From positions 1 through 64,000 of the forward strand of contig JBECUI020000025.1 in NCBI GenBank assembly GCA_040954595.2: a stretch of DNA of 64,000 bases, read 5' to 3'. The notes below the pieces were generated by a model. The model was not told the DNA's origin, did no database searches, and saw only the letters and a program-made list of their open reading frames with translations. Positions within the stretch are counted from its first letter, which is position 1. Every line of letters begins with the position of its first letter. Shown here piece after piece: positions 50,044-59,965 of this stretch. The translations under genes were made by a program, and so were the position numbers. This DNA is from Balanoglossus misakiensis. Lineage: Eukaryota; Animalia; Hemichordata.

Positions 50044-50824
50044 CGTTTTTCTCCCCCTTATTATTATAATCGTACATATCGATAGAATGTAAAACAAAAT
50101 CTAACGATTTCTGGAAATCTTTACGCATATTCTTACTATATAAATTATAATTATGCAAATCAAGGAACAGCTGCTGCGAATCGTTGCAGGTTTGCTCAAT
50201 GACTTGAAGTATCTGTTGATACCCATGCGAGGTAACAAGGGCGCCTTCTCGCTTAAACGGAGCAAGAACTCTGCCGATGAGATGAGTTATTCCTTGCGTA
50301 TAGGCCATTTGTTCATCATGATCTTCAGGGCTCAAGGGAACGACTTGTAAACCTAGTTTTATAAATGTTTCTTGCCAACTATCAGTGGTAGAACAACGAA
50401 TCGGATGGATAACAATGACCCTGTTCTTGATGTGGACAGAATCAGGACCAAATAAGGGATGGGTAGCCAAGATCTCACAGTATGATGGAAGAATGTTCTT
50501 CATAACTTGTACCGGATAACACTTTACCGAACAAGTATCACAAATTAATTGCCCCGGACGATAGAAGGGCAAACAAGATTTCATAATCTCTTCAAAGGAA
50601 GATATGGGAACACAGAAAAAAATGACATCGGCACGAAATAACTCTTTTTCAGTCTTGCATATCTCCACGTTCTTAGGAGGATCTTGAATTTCATGCCGGT
50701 TATAAATAAGAACCTGAAATAATTGAGATAATAAGGATGCCCATAACTTGCCGAATCTCCCGGCTCCATAGATGCCAACAACCATACCTCCATCTATACT
50801 ATAGCAATATTTATTCACGTACAA
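50033..50824 (-). CDS. tyrA: Prephenate/arogenate dehydrogenase (start uncertain, possibly 50785)
   Basis: GIYGAGRFG Rossmann motif, DTCSVK, THPLFGP and HDEQMAYTQGITH. Confidence 0.88.
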   Translation of the reverse strand: MYVNKYCYSIDGGMVVGIYGAGRFGKLWASLLSQLFQVLIYNRHEIQDPPKNVEICKTEKELFRADVIFFCVPISSFEEIMKSCLPFYRPGQLICDTCSVKCYPVQVMKNILPSYCEILATHPLFGPDSVHIKNRVIVIHPIRCSTTDSWQETFIKLGLQVVPLSPEDHDEQMAYTQGITHLIGRVLAPFKREGALVTSHGYQQILQVIEQTCNDSQQLFLDLHNYNLYSKNMRKDFQKSLDFVLHSIDMYDYNNKGEKNGAR

Positions 50825-50870
50825 GGTAGACAGACTTTCTTATTCCAGTAATAATAAAGATGGAATATCG

Positions 50871-51608
50871 ATGAAAATACTACTATGTGGATACGGTGCA
50901 ATGGGGGAACAGGTTCATAGGGCAGCCGAAAAGCGGGGACATCATATTACGGCTACGGTTGATCCCCACGGCAATTGTACTGCTCCTGCCCTCTCAGCTG
51001 CACTGCTACAGGATTGTGATGTTGTTATTGAATTTTCTCATGCTGATGCTGTACCTACGCATGCGCGTCTCTACGCTGAAATGGGCACACGGGCAGTCGT
51101 GGGAACTACGGGATGGGATACGTCCATCTTGAAAGAACTTGCCGGGGGGGATCTTGCCTACTTATACGGGGCAAATTTTTCTATCGGTGCCCATATTCTC
51201 TTTGCATTGGCAGAGAAAGCCGCTCAGTACGCAGATATATTTCCCGAATACGATGTTGCAATCTCGGAGATTCATCATCGAAGAAAGAAAGATAGTCCGT
51301 CAGGAACGGCTTTGCGCCTTGCTGACTGTATTTCCCAGTCCTTGCCTGCAAAAGAGCATATTGAAACAACTCGTATGGACGATCGGATTAGCACCAATGC
51401 TTTGCATGTCAGCTCGACACGCCTGGGGGCGGTGCCGGGAACCCATACAGTCTATCTTGATAGTGAGGCCGATAGCATTGAAATTGTACACCGGGCACGT
51501 ACCCGCATGGGTTTTGCAGTCGGTGCGGTACGCGCCGCTGAATGGCTGGCTGATAAACGAGGGATATTTACGATAGAGGAATGGATATCCGATATTATGG
51601 AGGTATGA
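50871..51608 (+). CDS. dapB: 4-hydroxy-tetrahydrodipicolinate reductase
   Basis: GYGAMG, VGTTG, ANFSIG and EIHHRRKKDSPSGTA motifs. Confidence 0.97.
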   Translation: MKILLCGYGAMGEQVHRAAEKRGHHITATVDPHGNCTAPALSAALLQDCDVVIEFSHADAVPTHARLYAEMGTRAVVGTTGWDTSILKELAGGDLAYLYGANFSIGAHILFALAEKAAQYADIFPEYDVAISEIHHRRKKDSPSGTALRLADCISQSLPAKEHIETTRMDDRISTNALHVSSTRLGAVPGTHTVYLDSEADSIEIVHRARTRMGFAVGAVRAAEWLADKRGIFTIEEWISDIMEV

Positions 51609-51609
51609 T

Positions 51610-52479
51610 ATGCAAGGAACATATACGGCGTTAATTACACCCTTTAATGATGATGGTAGCATTGATGAACAGGCACTTCGTGCTCTGGTTGACCGACAGA
51701 TTAATGCGGGAATAAACGGACTGGTACCGGTCGGTACAACAGGTGAAAGTCCAACGGTGGACCATGCGGAAAACGTTGACGTTGTTCGTATTGTTGTTGA
51801 ACAGGCGGCTGGAAGAGTGCCGGTTATTGCCGGAACAGGGTCTAACTCGACAAAAGAGGCTATCGATATGACGATTGAGGCAAAAAAAATTGGTGCCACT
51901 GCAAGCCTTCAAGTTGCCCCATACTATAATAAACCAAGTCAAGAAGGATTCTACCGTCATTTCATCGCCATTGCCGAAAAATCCCAATTACCGGTTGTTG
52001 TGTATAATATTCCAAGCCGGACCGGAAGAAATATCGAACCGGATACCCTTCTGCGCCTTGCTGATCATCCGAATATCATTGCAATTAAAGAGGCGAACAG
52101 CGATTTCAGCCATATTATGAACCTTATGCATCATGCGCCCAAGAACCTTGCTATACTAAGCGGGAATGATGAAACTGCATTTTTGCTTGCTATGCTGGGT
52201 GGTCATGGGGTTATATCGGTGGCAAGTAATGTGGCACCTCGTATGGTTCGGACTATGATGGACCATGCTTTGGCAGGTGATATAGAGGCAAGAAAAGAAC
52301 ATTTTCGTTTGCTTCCGCTCTTTGAAGTCTTGTTTATTGAAACAAATCCCCTGCCGGTGAAATATGCCATGCATAGACTCGCTTATTGTAAAGAGGTCTA
52401 TCGCCTGCCACTTTGTCCGTTGAAGCAAGAACTAAAAGAGAAGATCAATGCAGTCTTGGATCAGTTACACCCCTTTTAG
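51610..52479 (+). CDS. dapA: 4-hydroxy-tetrahydrodipicolinate synthase
   Basis: GTTGESPT, PYYNKP, YNIPSRT, IKEA and ETNPLPVK motifs. Confidence 0.97.
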   Translation: MQGTYTALITPFNDDGSIDEQALRALVDRQINAGINGLVPVGTTGESPTVDHAENVDVVRIVVEQAAGRVPVIAGTGSNSTKEAIDMTIEAKKIGATASLQVAPYYNKPSQEGFYRHFIAIAEKSQLPVVVYNIPSRTGRNIEPDTLLRLADHPNIIAIKEANSDFSHIMNLMHHAPKNLAILSGNDETAFLLAMLGGHGVISVASNVAPRMVRTMMDHALAGDIEARKEHFRLLPLFEVLFIETNPLPVKYAMHRLAYCKEVYRLPLCPLKQELKEKINAVLDQLHPF

Positions 52480-52493
52480 AGCTTTCAAATACA

Positions 52494-53111
52494 TTATTCA
52501 TAGTCTGCAATGTTTCCAATGTTCACATCAATATTTATTCCCCATGAAAACTTTTCTTCAATTGCCTGTATGACAACAGTCGCCAGTTGGTGGGCAGAGA
52601 GCAGTGTTGTAAGGTCTTCATGAGGAAAGAGTCTCTTACGCATTTTTGTTTGCGTACGCCCTGGAGAAATGCAGACAGCCTTAATTCCTTCGCTAGCCCA
52701 ACATGCAGTTGCCATAATAATAGCAGCTTTCGTTGCACAGTAGGCAGACCACTTTTCTCTTGCCCGTGTACCGGCTGACGATCCAATATTAATAATTGTT
52801 GCCGAAATGTTCTTTTTAAGAACAGCTTGGGTACATAGAAATGGACCCGTCAAGTTAACATCAATAGTTTTTTTATTATCATGATAAGAAGACTCGTGTA
52901 AAAGAGATAGTTCAGTAATAAAACCAGCATTATTTATGAGAATATCTGGAGAAGTCCTGTTTATGTACGCGTTTACCGAACGTTCGTCGGTAACATCTAA
53001 CTCCTGATGAGTTGGATTATACACATGAAACCCTGCACGCATGTTTAATACGTTCTTAATGGCTAATGCAATGTCTCCCTGACCGCCAGTAATTACTACA
53101 TTTTTATTCAT
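52494..53111 (-). CDS. Short-chain dehydrogenase/reductase
   Basis: ITGGQGDIA, LINNAG, GSSA, YCATK (YxxxK) and SPGRTQTKMR motifs. Confidence 0.9.
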   Translation of the reverse strand: MNKNVVITGGQGDIALAIKNVLNMRAGFHVYNPTHQELDVTDERSVNAYINRTSPDILINNAGFITELSLLHESSYHDNKKTIDVNLTGPFLCTQAVLKKNISATIINIGSSAGTRAREKWSAYCATKAAIIMATACWASEGIKAVCISPGRTQTKMRKRLFPHEDLTTLLSAHQLATVVIQAIEEKFSWGINIDVNIGNIADYE

Positions 53112-53319
53112 TAATACTCCAATTAAATATTACAACCTGAAAAGACAGATGGAAAGAAAAACGAACACAGATATTTAATTACGCAAATGCCTATCAAGAT
53201 GACATGTCTTCAATGCGTATATTTCAGTATATGCGAAATAATGGCTTAATTCCACCATCTCCTGATAAGAGGAGCGCCTTTTGACTGTACGATAACTATA
53301 CATACTGTAAGCAGTCAGA

Positions 53320-54759
53320 CTATCTCATCTTTCTCCGCATTATTTCTCTGCTGCAAAGAAAAATGAGATAGCCGGATGACAACATAAAAAATATGAATAC
53401 GGAGAGACCGGACTCTACTGGTGGGATCCGTGCAAAGAGACGAGCCAGATAATCAAGTGTGCTATAGAGCAGGGATAAGATTGGTGCTAAAAGGATTATA
53501 CAGGGTGGAAATATAATAATTGCCATGCCTAAAAGAAAAAATACCGATACTACTATGCCAATGGGCATTGATGCTAGAAGTCCGGAAGGATAGATGCTGC
53601 CGAATAAGGTGTAACTCAAGGGAGCCGTAGCAAGTATTGCACCAAAGGAAGCAGAAAGAGCGAGTGCAAGGGTATGTGGCATAAAAATCCGAATTTCCTC
53701 GTATGTACCTTTGCCGATTGTTACAATTCCCAGAACGGCAAGGAAGGAGAGTTGGAACGATGCCTCTAATAACAGCTTTGGCATAATAACTGATACAATG
53801 ACGGCACTGATAATTACTACTGCTGGGATGGGTATGGGATAGTCAAATAAGCGCGTGTAAATGAAGACTATGTACATAATGTATGCCCGAATAAGCGAGG
53901 GGCGAGGCCCCACCAATAAAATATAGAATAGGCCAAAAAACACCCCTGCAAGTAAGGCGATACGGGTGCCGAAGATCGGTTTAATAATGAGATTGCAAAT
54001 TCCGATAAATGCTGCTAAGTGCATGCCGGAAAGTGCAAGTACATGGATAGCTCCTGCCTGCTTAAATAATGTAATAAAAATTGAATCAAGGTTGTCCGTT
54101 TCTCCGAGAAAGAGTGCCTGTACCAGCGATGCACTCTGCTTGGGGAGTTTTGTTATCCGTTCCCGTACTCCATGTAGAAGCGCTGCACGAATTTTCCAGA
54201 ATGTTGATACATAACCAAGATGCTTAATTTCTGCATGAATACTGTATCTGCCTCCTACCCTGCTGATGGGTGCAAAGACTCGAATCCTGCTGCCAGCTAG
54301 TACTTTCGGACCAAGAGTGATACGCATGGAAAGAGTACCTCGCCCCGATGCAGATTCCCCCCACTTGGTATATACATGTTCCAGTTTACCCTGATACCTA
54401 GTGTAGGTTACCGTATTCTTGCTGTCATGCGTGAGGACAATGTCAAAGAACTGCACTTCCTTCGGGAGAAAACCGTAATCAACTGCAGGTTCCGTATGCC
54501 GTAATAAAGAGAGCAGTCCAATGCTGATACCCAAAAAGAATGTTCGTATAACTGCCGGGATGCGGGCATGAAGATGCTCTTTATGTGATATGCAGGTAAT
54601 GTATCCGGATGCCGTAAAAAAAAGGAATATCAGAAGAAATGATACAGGGATAGCAGTATAGAGTATTGCAACAATAATGCCAAAGAGGAGATAGACCGGT
54701 ATATCCAACCATGATGCCTGCATATATACATTACAGCTATCACCCATCTTATGCTTCAA
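53320..54759 (-). CDS. comEC: ComEC/Rec2 competence protein (no C-terminal beta-lactamase domain); start uncertain
   Basis: F..AGAIHVLALSGMH, PSLIRA and SFQLSFLAV motifs; multi-TM. Confidence 0.9.
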   Translation of the reverse strand: MKHKMGDSCNVYMQASWLDIPVYLLFGIIVAILYTAIPVSFLLIFLFFTASGYITCISHKEHLHARIPAVIRTFFLGISIGLLSLLRHTEPAVDYGFLPKEVQFFDIVLTHDSKNTVTYTRYQGKLEHVYTKWGESASGRGTLSMRITLGPKVLAGSRIRVFAPISRVGGRYSIHAEIKHLGYVSTFWKIRAALLHGVRERITKLPKQSASLVQALFLGETDNLDSIFITLFKQAGAIHVLALSGMHLAAFIGICNLIIKPIFGTRIALLAGVFFGLFYILLVGPRPSLIRAYIMYIVFIYTRLFDYPIPIPAVVIISAVIVSVIMPKLLLEASFQLSFLAVLGIVTIGKGTYEEIRIFMPHTLALALSASFGAILATAPLSYTLFGSIYPSGLLASMPIGIVVSVFFLLGMAIIIFPPCIILLAPILSLLYSTLDYLARLFARIPPVESGLSVFIFFMLSSGYLIFLCSREIMRRKMR

Positions 54760-54780
54760 TAGCCATGAAAACCTGATTAT

Positions 54781-55347
54781 ATGATATACTTATCCTTCAT
54801 GAACCGCAGATATGTAGAATGGATTGTTCTGCCTCTCATATTGCTCTATCGATACCCTTTCTTACCGACATCACTCTATCTTCTTCAATGTACGTTACTT
54901 TTGCTTCTTATCTATCTCTTTCTCTCCTTCCACCCTGACTTTAAGCCATTTCTGCATAATCGCATTCCGACCATGCTCTATGCGATAGCTAGCTACGCAG
55001 TATTACTTGCAATTCCGTTTATTCTTACGCAATTGCAATTGCCTTACTCCCCTATTCCCAAGGGTAATCTTCTGTACCATATTCCCTTGTTCCTTGTTGC
55101 AGCATATATTGAAGAATTTGTTTTTCGGCTATACGGCATTACCCGATTACTTGATATTGGGGTTTCGCTTGCTGTTGCAGTACTCATATCCGCAGTAGCA
55201 TTTGCCCTTATCCATGATCGGGATGTATGGATTCAGGCATTTCTGAGTGGATTAGTACTTGCATATGTCTGGCATCGCACAAAGAATATTCATACCATAG
55301 CTCTTGCCCATGCAGGATATAATATTACTTTATACATTATTCAATAA
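54781..55347 (+). CDS. CPBP-family (CAAX type II/Abi) intramembrane metalloprotease; start may be 54799
   Basis: EEFVFR, FALIH and H..YN motifs all present. Confidence 0.88.
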   Translation: MIYLSFMNRRYVEWIVLPLILLYRYPFLPTSLYLLQCTLLLLLIYLFLSFHPDFKPFLHNRIPTMLYAIASYAVLLAIPFILTQLQLPYSPIPKGNLLYHIPLFLVAAYIEEFVFRLYGITRLLDIGVSLAVAVLISAVAFALIHDRDVWIQAFLSGLVLAYVWHRTKNIHTIALAHAGYNITLYIIQ

Positions 55348-55399
55348 TTATTACTTGACTATATGAAACAAACGTGTATTAATACAGTTGAGGTGAATT

Positions 55400-55978
55400 A
55401 TGAATAGAATGCATACAATTACATTGACTCTGATGCTTATCAGTCTACTATTTACAACAACTGTCTCTTATACATGGGGGACAAGCGAGGTCTCACCTGC
55501 AACGGATACAAGGGATACTGCGAATACTACAACAACTACAACTGAAAAAGAATACCCGTCGGCAATAAACGTTTCGTTTACTACCTTGGATGGAAACACT
55601 GTAGCACTAGCCGATGCCCTTGGTTCGCCCGTTGTGCTCCATTTCTGGGCGACTTGGTGCCCTCCATGTAGAGAGGAACTGCCTAACCTATCCACAGCGT
55701 ATCATGAATTAAAGGATGAGGTAAGATTTTTTCTGGTAAGTGTCGGGGAAGATGCACAGACAGTGCAAACCTTTTTAGACCTGTCTCCTTTCCAAATTGA
55801 CCCCGTTCTTGATGAACATGGAATTGTTGCACAAACATACAATGTCGGGAATATTCCGTCCACCTTTATTATTGACCGGAAGGGGAAGATACGAGACTTT
55901 ACCATAGGAATCGTGCCATGGACCGATACTACATCAAAACAGCGCCTAGCACTACATGAAATAATTACCAATGGTTGA
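55400..55978 (+). CDS. TlpA/ResA-family thiol-disulfide oxidoreductase
   Basis: [14 protein letters not shown] and [11 protein letters not shown]; N-terminal signal and Thr-rich linker. Confidence 0.93.
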   Translation: MNRMHTITLTLMLISLLFTTTVSYTWGTSEVSPATDTRDTANTTTTTTEKEYPSAINVSFTTLDGNTVALADALGSPVVLHFWATWCPPCREELPNLSTAYHELKDEVRFFLVSVGEDAQTVQTFLDLSPFQIDPVLDEHGIVAQTYNVGNIPSTFIIDRKGKIRDFTIGIVPWTDTTSKQRLALHEIITNG

Positions 55979-56876
55979 TTTAAACATTTTTGTTGTGTTC
56001 TTTGCAGGAACCCTTACATTTCTTTCCCCATGTATGCTGCCCATGGCAACTTCATACATTGCCTATATTAGTGGTAGCAAAGTTCAAAGTCGGCTTTACC
56101 TTATCTGGCTTACCCTTTGTTTTATAGCAGGATTCTCTATTGTCTTCTCAACCCTGAGTCTTCTTCTTATTATCCCAACCCTCCTTTTTCCCGGCACTAT
56201 TCGAATTATCCGTATTGTATCTGGAATTATTATTGCATTTATGGGATTACATATCATATTCAACTTCTGGAAACTTCTGAATTTTGAACGTCGGTTCATG
56301 CCGCGTACAAAGGTTGTAAGCGGCTTCCGCTCAGTCTTGTTTGGTATGGCATTCGGCGCAGGGTGGTCCCCGTGCATTGGACCGATTCTTACCTCAATAT
56401 TCCTGCTTGCAGCTGGAACACAGAGTTTAGCCCAGGGCATACCCTATCTCCTGGTTTTTTCTCTCGGATTGGGCATCCCATTCCTTATTATAGCAGTAGT
56501 TTTTCCTCCAGGCAGTAACAAACAGATCCGCTTTAAAAAGTTTTCCCTTGTCAAAATAATTAGTGGCAGCCTGCTGATTCTGATAGGGATACTGATGATA
56601 CTCGGTGAATTCGACTTGTTAAGTGCACGGCTGGTACAGGCCGCTTATGCAGTCGAACAATGGGGCATTGAACAGGCAAATGATGCGCGCATTTTGTTCT
56701 CACTAGCATACGGTGTGGTGGGAATAGGACTTTTGATCTTGCTTCTTGTACAGAAAAAAAATAGAATTCTCCTGCTCTCCTTCTCGCTCATATTCTGTAG
56801 CTTATCAGTCTTGGAAGGAAGCTTGATTATTCAGAGTTCGCAGTACATCGGTGCATGGCTCCGACTTGCGCCTTAA
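55971..56876 (+). CDS. ccdA: CcdA/DsbD-family disulfide transporter with a C-terminal TM extension
   Basis: FLSPCMLP and GWSPCIGPIL motifs; overlaps the TlpA stop. Confidence 0.9.
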   Translation: MVDLNIFVVFFAGTLTFLSPCMLPMATSYIAYISGSKVQSRLYLIWLTLCFIAGFSIVFSTLSLLLIIPTLLFPGTIRIIRIVSGIIIAFMGLHIIFNFWKLLNFERRFMPRTKVVSGFRSVLFGMAFGAGWSPCIGPILTSIFLLAAGTQSLAQGIPYLLVFSLGLGIPFLIIAVVFPPGSNKQIRFKKFSLVKIISGSLLILIGILMILGEFDLLSARLVQAAYAVEQWGIEQANDARILFSLAYGVVGIGLLILLLVQKKNRILLLSFSLIFCSLSVLEGSLIIQSSQYIGAWLRLAP

Positions 56877-57757
56877 ATATCTCTTGATTTCTTTTTAAGG
56901 AATCTGGGAAAGATGTTTTTCTTGCTTGTGTTCACTTCTTCCTCAAATACCCCGAAGGAAAGGAGACGGGTTGAACGTTCTTGCAATAGTTGGTCTATTC
57001 TCTTTTTCGATATCTTTTCATATCCGCTCATAATATGATTCTTCAAGTTTCCGGCAGATATCTTTGGTTGTTCCTGTGAGCCTCCCGGCGGTTCGGGAAT
57101 AACATCATCTATTAAACCAAATTGCATCAAATCCGAAGCCGTCATCTTTAGGTACTCCGAGGCCTGAACCGCCTTTGTTTCATCTCGTAGCATGATAGAA
57201 GCAAAACCTTCAGGTGAAATAACCGAGTAGACGGCATTCTCAAACATGTAGAGCTGGTCGGCAACTGCAATTCCTATGGCACCACCTGAGCCGCCTTCCC
57301 CGAGAATGATTGCAATGATAGGGGTGCGGAGCATGGAAAAGGTCATGAGATTACATGCAATGGCTTCGGAAATGCCACGTTCTTCGGCAGCAACACCGGG
57401 ATATGCACCGGGGGTATCAATTAAAGAAATAATTGGTCTTCCAAACCGTTCTGCCTGCAAGACAAGCCGCCTTGCTTTTCGGTACCCTTCGGGATGTGCC
57501 ATTCCGTAATTACGGCGTATATTATCCTTCATGTTCCTGCCCTTTTGATGACCAATAAAGGTGAAAAAGACACCGTCTATCTTGCAAATACCCCCAACAA
57601 GCGCCGGATCATCGCCATAACAGCGATCGCCATGCAGTTCAACATGTTCACTGCTGATCATAGAAATGTATTCCATGCAGGTAGGGCGTTCACTGTTTCG
57701 TGCAATTAAAAGTTTATCCCAAGCAGAACGATCCGCTATATCAGTCCTTAAATCCAC
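56873..57757 (-). CDS. accA: Acetyl-CoA carboxylase carboxyltransferase alpha
   Basis: ELHGDR, PEGYRKA, DTPGAYPG..AEERG, GEGGSGGA and SVISPEG; GTG start after AGGAGG. Confidence 0.96.
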   Translation of the reverse strand: MDLRTDIADRSAWDKLLIARNSERPTCMEYISMISSEHVELHGDRCYGDDPALVGGICKIDGVFFTFIGHQKGRNMKDNIRRNYGMAHPEGYRKARRLVLQAERFGRPIISLIDTPGAYPGVAAEERGISEAIACNLMTFSMLRTPIIAIILGEGGSGGAIGIAVADQLYMFENAVYSVISPEGFASIMLRDETKAVQASEYLKMTASDLMQFGLIDDVIPEPPGGSQEQPKISAGNLKNHIMSGYEKISKKRIDQLLQERSTRLLSFGVFEEEVNTSKKNIFPRFLKKKSRDI

Positions 57758-58643
57758 GTTTCCTCCTTGATTGTCCGCGCTGTAGTTTTGCCGCATGACT
57801 ATCCAATAAAAACATAAGGGTGCTGCGTAGTTTCCCCCTACTGACAATAAGGTCAACAAATCCTTTTTCAAGTAAGAACTCGGAGCGCTGAAAACCGCTC
57901 GGTAATTTTTGCTTTATCGTGCCTTCAATAACCCGTGGACCGGCAAAACCAATAAGTGCATTCGGCTCCGCCAGGGTTACATCACCTAACATAGAAAAAG
58001 AAGCCGTAACCCCACCCGTTGTTGGGTCGGTGATAAGAACAAACAAAGGTAATTGTGCTTCCTTATATATCGCCACAGCATGCGAAGTCTTGGCAAGCTG
58101 CATAAGTGAATACGTGCCCTCGTGCATACGCGCCCCACCACTCGCTGTGCATATCAAACATGGAAGTTTTTCTTCCATTGCCCATAGTAGTCCGCGCGTG
58201 ATCTTCTCTCCCACAACAGATCCCATGCTTCCCCCCATGAATTGGAAAGACATGGCAATGGTCACCAGTGAATGTTCTCCAATCTTCCCTGCCCCTACCG
58301 TAACTGCCTCCGGCAATCCTGTTTTTTGTTGTGACTGCAATAGTTTTTCCTCATAGCCGGGAAAATCTGTGGGATTGACTGATTGAATATGGGGAAATAA
58401 TTCCTTCTTGTAGGTTCCCGGATCAAAGATTATTTGCATGCGCTCTGGTCCCGTTAAACGAAAATGATAGGTACAAAACGGGCAAACATGCAAATTGCGT
58501 ATAAGGCTGCTTTCTTCTACATGCTTTGAACAGGAAGGGCAGGCATGCCGGTTCTTTAAAAATAGCCGATCATCCGCTTCTTCCTGCGGGATTGGCACAA
58601 TTTTGTTATATAGTCTTTTAAAAAAATGTGTAAACATCTTCAT
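57741..58643 (-). CDS. accD: Acetyl-CoA carboxylase carboxyltransferase beta
   Basis: CxxC..CxxC zinc finger, FMGGSMG, SGGARMHEG, PTTGGVTASF and GFAGPRVI. Confidence 0.97.
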   Translation of the reverse strand: MKMFTHFFKRLYNKIVPIPQEEADDRLFLKNRHACPSCSKHVEESSLIRNLHVCPFCTYHFRLTGPERMQIIFDPGTYKKELFPHIQSVNPTDFPGYEEKLLQSQQKTGLPEAVTVGAGKIGEHSLVTIAMSFQFMGGSMGSVVGEKITRGLLWAMEEKLPCLICTASGGARMHEGTYSLMQLAKTSHAVAIYKEAQLPLFVLITDPTTGGVTASFSMLGDVTLAEPNALIGFAGPRVIEGTIKQKLPSGFQRSEFLLEKGFVDLIVSRGKLRSTLMFLLDSHAAKLQRGQSRRKRGFKD

Positions 58644-58645
58644 AT

Positions 58646-59965
58646 CTAGGCCCCATCAACTATTATTCCGTATATATCTGTCCCATAGTTCCCCGAACGA
58701 AATAATGAATGGTTCAGAATCTTCTTCTGTTCATCAATATTTGTCTGTATTCCCTGTATTCGCATTTCGTCTAAAGCAGCAAGCATAGCGTCAATTCCTC
58801 GTTCTCTGGTTTCCGCATAGACAATGACCTTCGCAAGAAGCGAGTCATAGTACGGCAACATATAATAACCTGGATAAAGAAGGCTGTCTACCCGAACACC
58901 GTATCCGCCTGGTGCATGATAATCATGAACATGCCCGGGTGTAAGGGCATTAACACGACATTCCATAGCATATCCGGAAATATGAACATCCTCCTGATTC
59001 CAGGATAGTTCTTCCTCACTACAGACACGGATTTGCTCACAAACAATGTCGATATTCGTTCGCATCTCCGAAACAGGGTGTTCCACCTGTATTCTCGTAT
59101 TAACTTCCATAAAATAATAGTGTGCACCATCAAAAAGAAATTCAATGGTACCTGCCCCAATATAATCAAGCGATTGAAAAAAACGCACTGCATCATCACA
59201 CATATGTTGCCGGAGTTCATCGGGCATATTCGTAGCTGGGCTCTCTTCTATGAGTTTTTGATGCATACGCTGCACAGTACAATCCCGTTCTCCTAGATGA
59301 ATAACCTTGCCATGTGAATCAGCAAGAAGCTGTACCTCCACGTGCTGGGGGTTTTCGAAGAAACGTTCGAGGTATAATGACCCGTCACCAAATGCTTGCT
59401 CGGCTTCAGAAGAGACAACTGCATACATATCCTGCATATTATCCCCCTCTCGGACAACACGGATGCCCTTTCCCCCACCGCCTGCCGATGCCTTGAGGAG
59501 AACGGGATATCCGATGCTTTTAGCAATCTCACTCGCCTCCTCTGCCGATTTCAACTTGCCCGATGAGCCGGGAATAAGAGGGATGCCTAATGACTGAGCA
59601 GTTTGCTTTGCCGGGATCTTGTCTCCAAGAAGTTTTATGGTATTAGCCGGAGGACCGATAAAAATAAGTCCCGCCTCGTGAACCTTCCGGGCAAAGTTAT
59701 GGTTTTCACTCAGAAACCCTACGCCTGGGTGAATGGCATCACAATGCGATAGAATGGCTGTTGAAATAAGCGCCGACATATTCAAATAGCTCTCCCGGGC
59801 AGATGCAGGTCCAATACAGACAGAAGCATCGGCTAAACGCACTGCAAGTGAATCCTTATCCGGCTCTGAATAGGTGAGTACCGACTTAATACCCAAAACC
59901 TTGCAGGCTCGGATGAGACGCACTGCAATCTCTCCGCGATTTGCAATGAGAAGCGACTGTATCAT
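58646..59965 (-). CDS. accC: Biotin carboxylase
   Basis: IANRGEIA, HPGVGFLSEN, GGGGKG and EVNTRIQVEHPV motifs. Confidence 0.97.
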   Translation of the reverse strand: MIQSLLIANRGEIAVRLIRACKVLGIKSVLTYSEPDKDSLAVRLADASVCIGPASARESYLNMSALISTAILSHCDAIHPGVGFLSENHNFARKVHEAGLIFIGPPANTIKLLGDKIPAKQTAQSLGIPLIPGSSGKLKSAEEASEIAKSIGYPVLLKASAGGGGKGIRVVREGDNMQDMYAVVSSEAEQAFGDGSLYLERFFENPQHVEVQLLADSHGKVIHLGERDCTVQRMHQKLIEESPATNMPDELRQHMCDDAVRFFQSLDYIGAGTIEFLFDGAHYYFMEVNTRIQVEHPVSEMRTNIDIVCEQIRVCSEEELSWNQEDVHISGYAMECRVNALTPGHVHDYHAPGGYGVRVDSLLYPGYYMLPYYDSLLAKVIVYAETRERGIDAMLAALDEMRIQGIQTNIDEQKKILNHSLFRSGNYGTDIYGIIVDGA

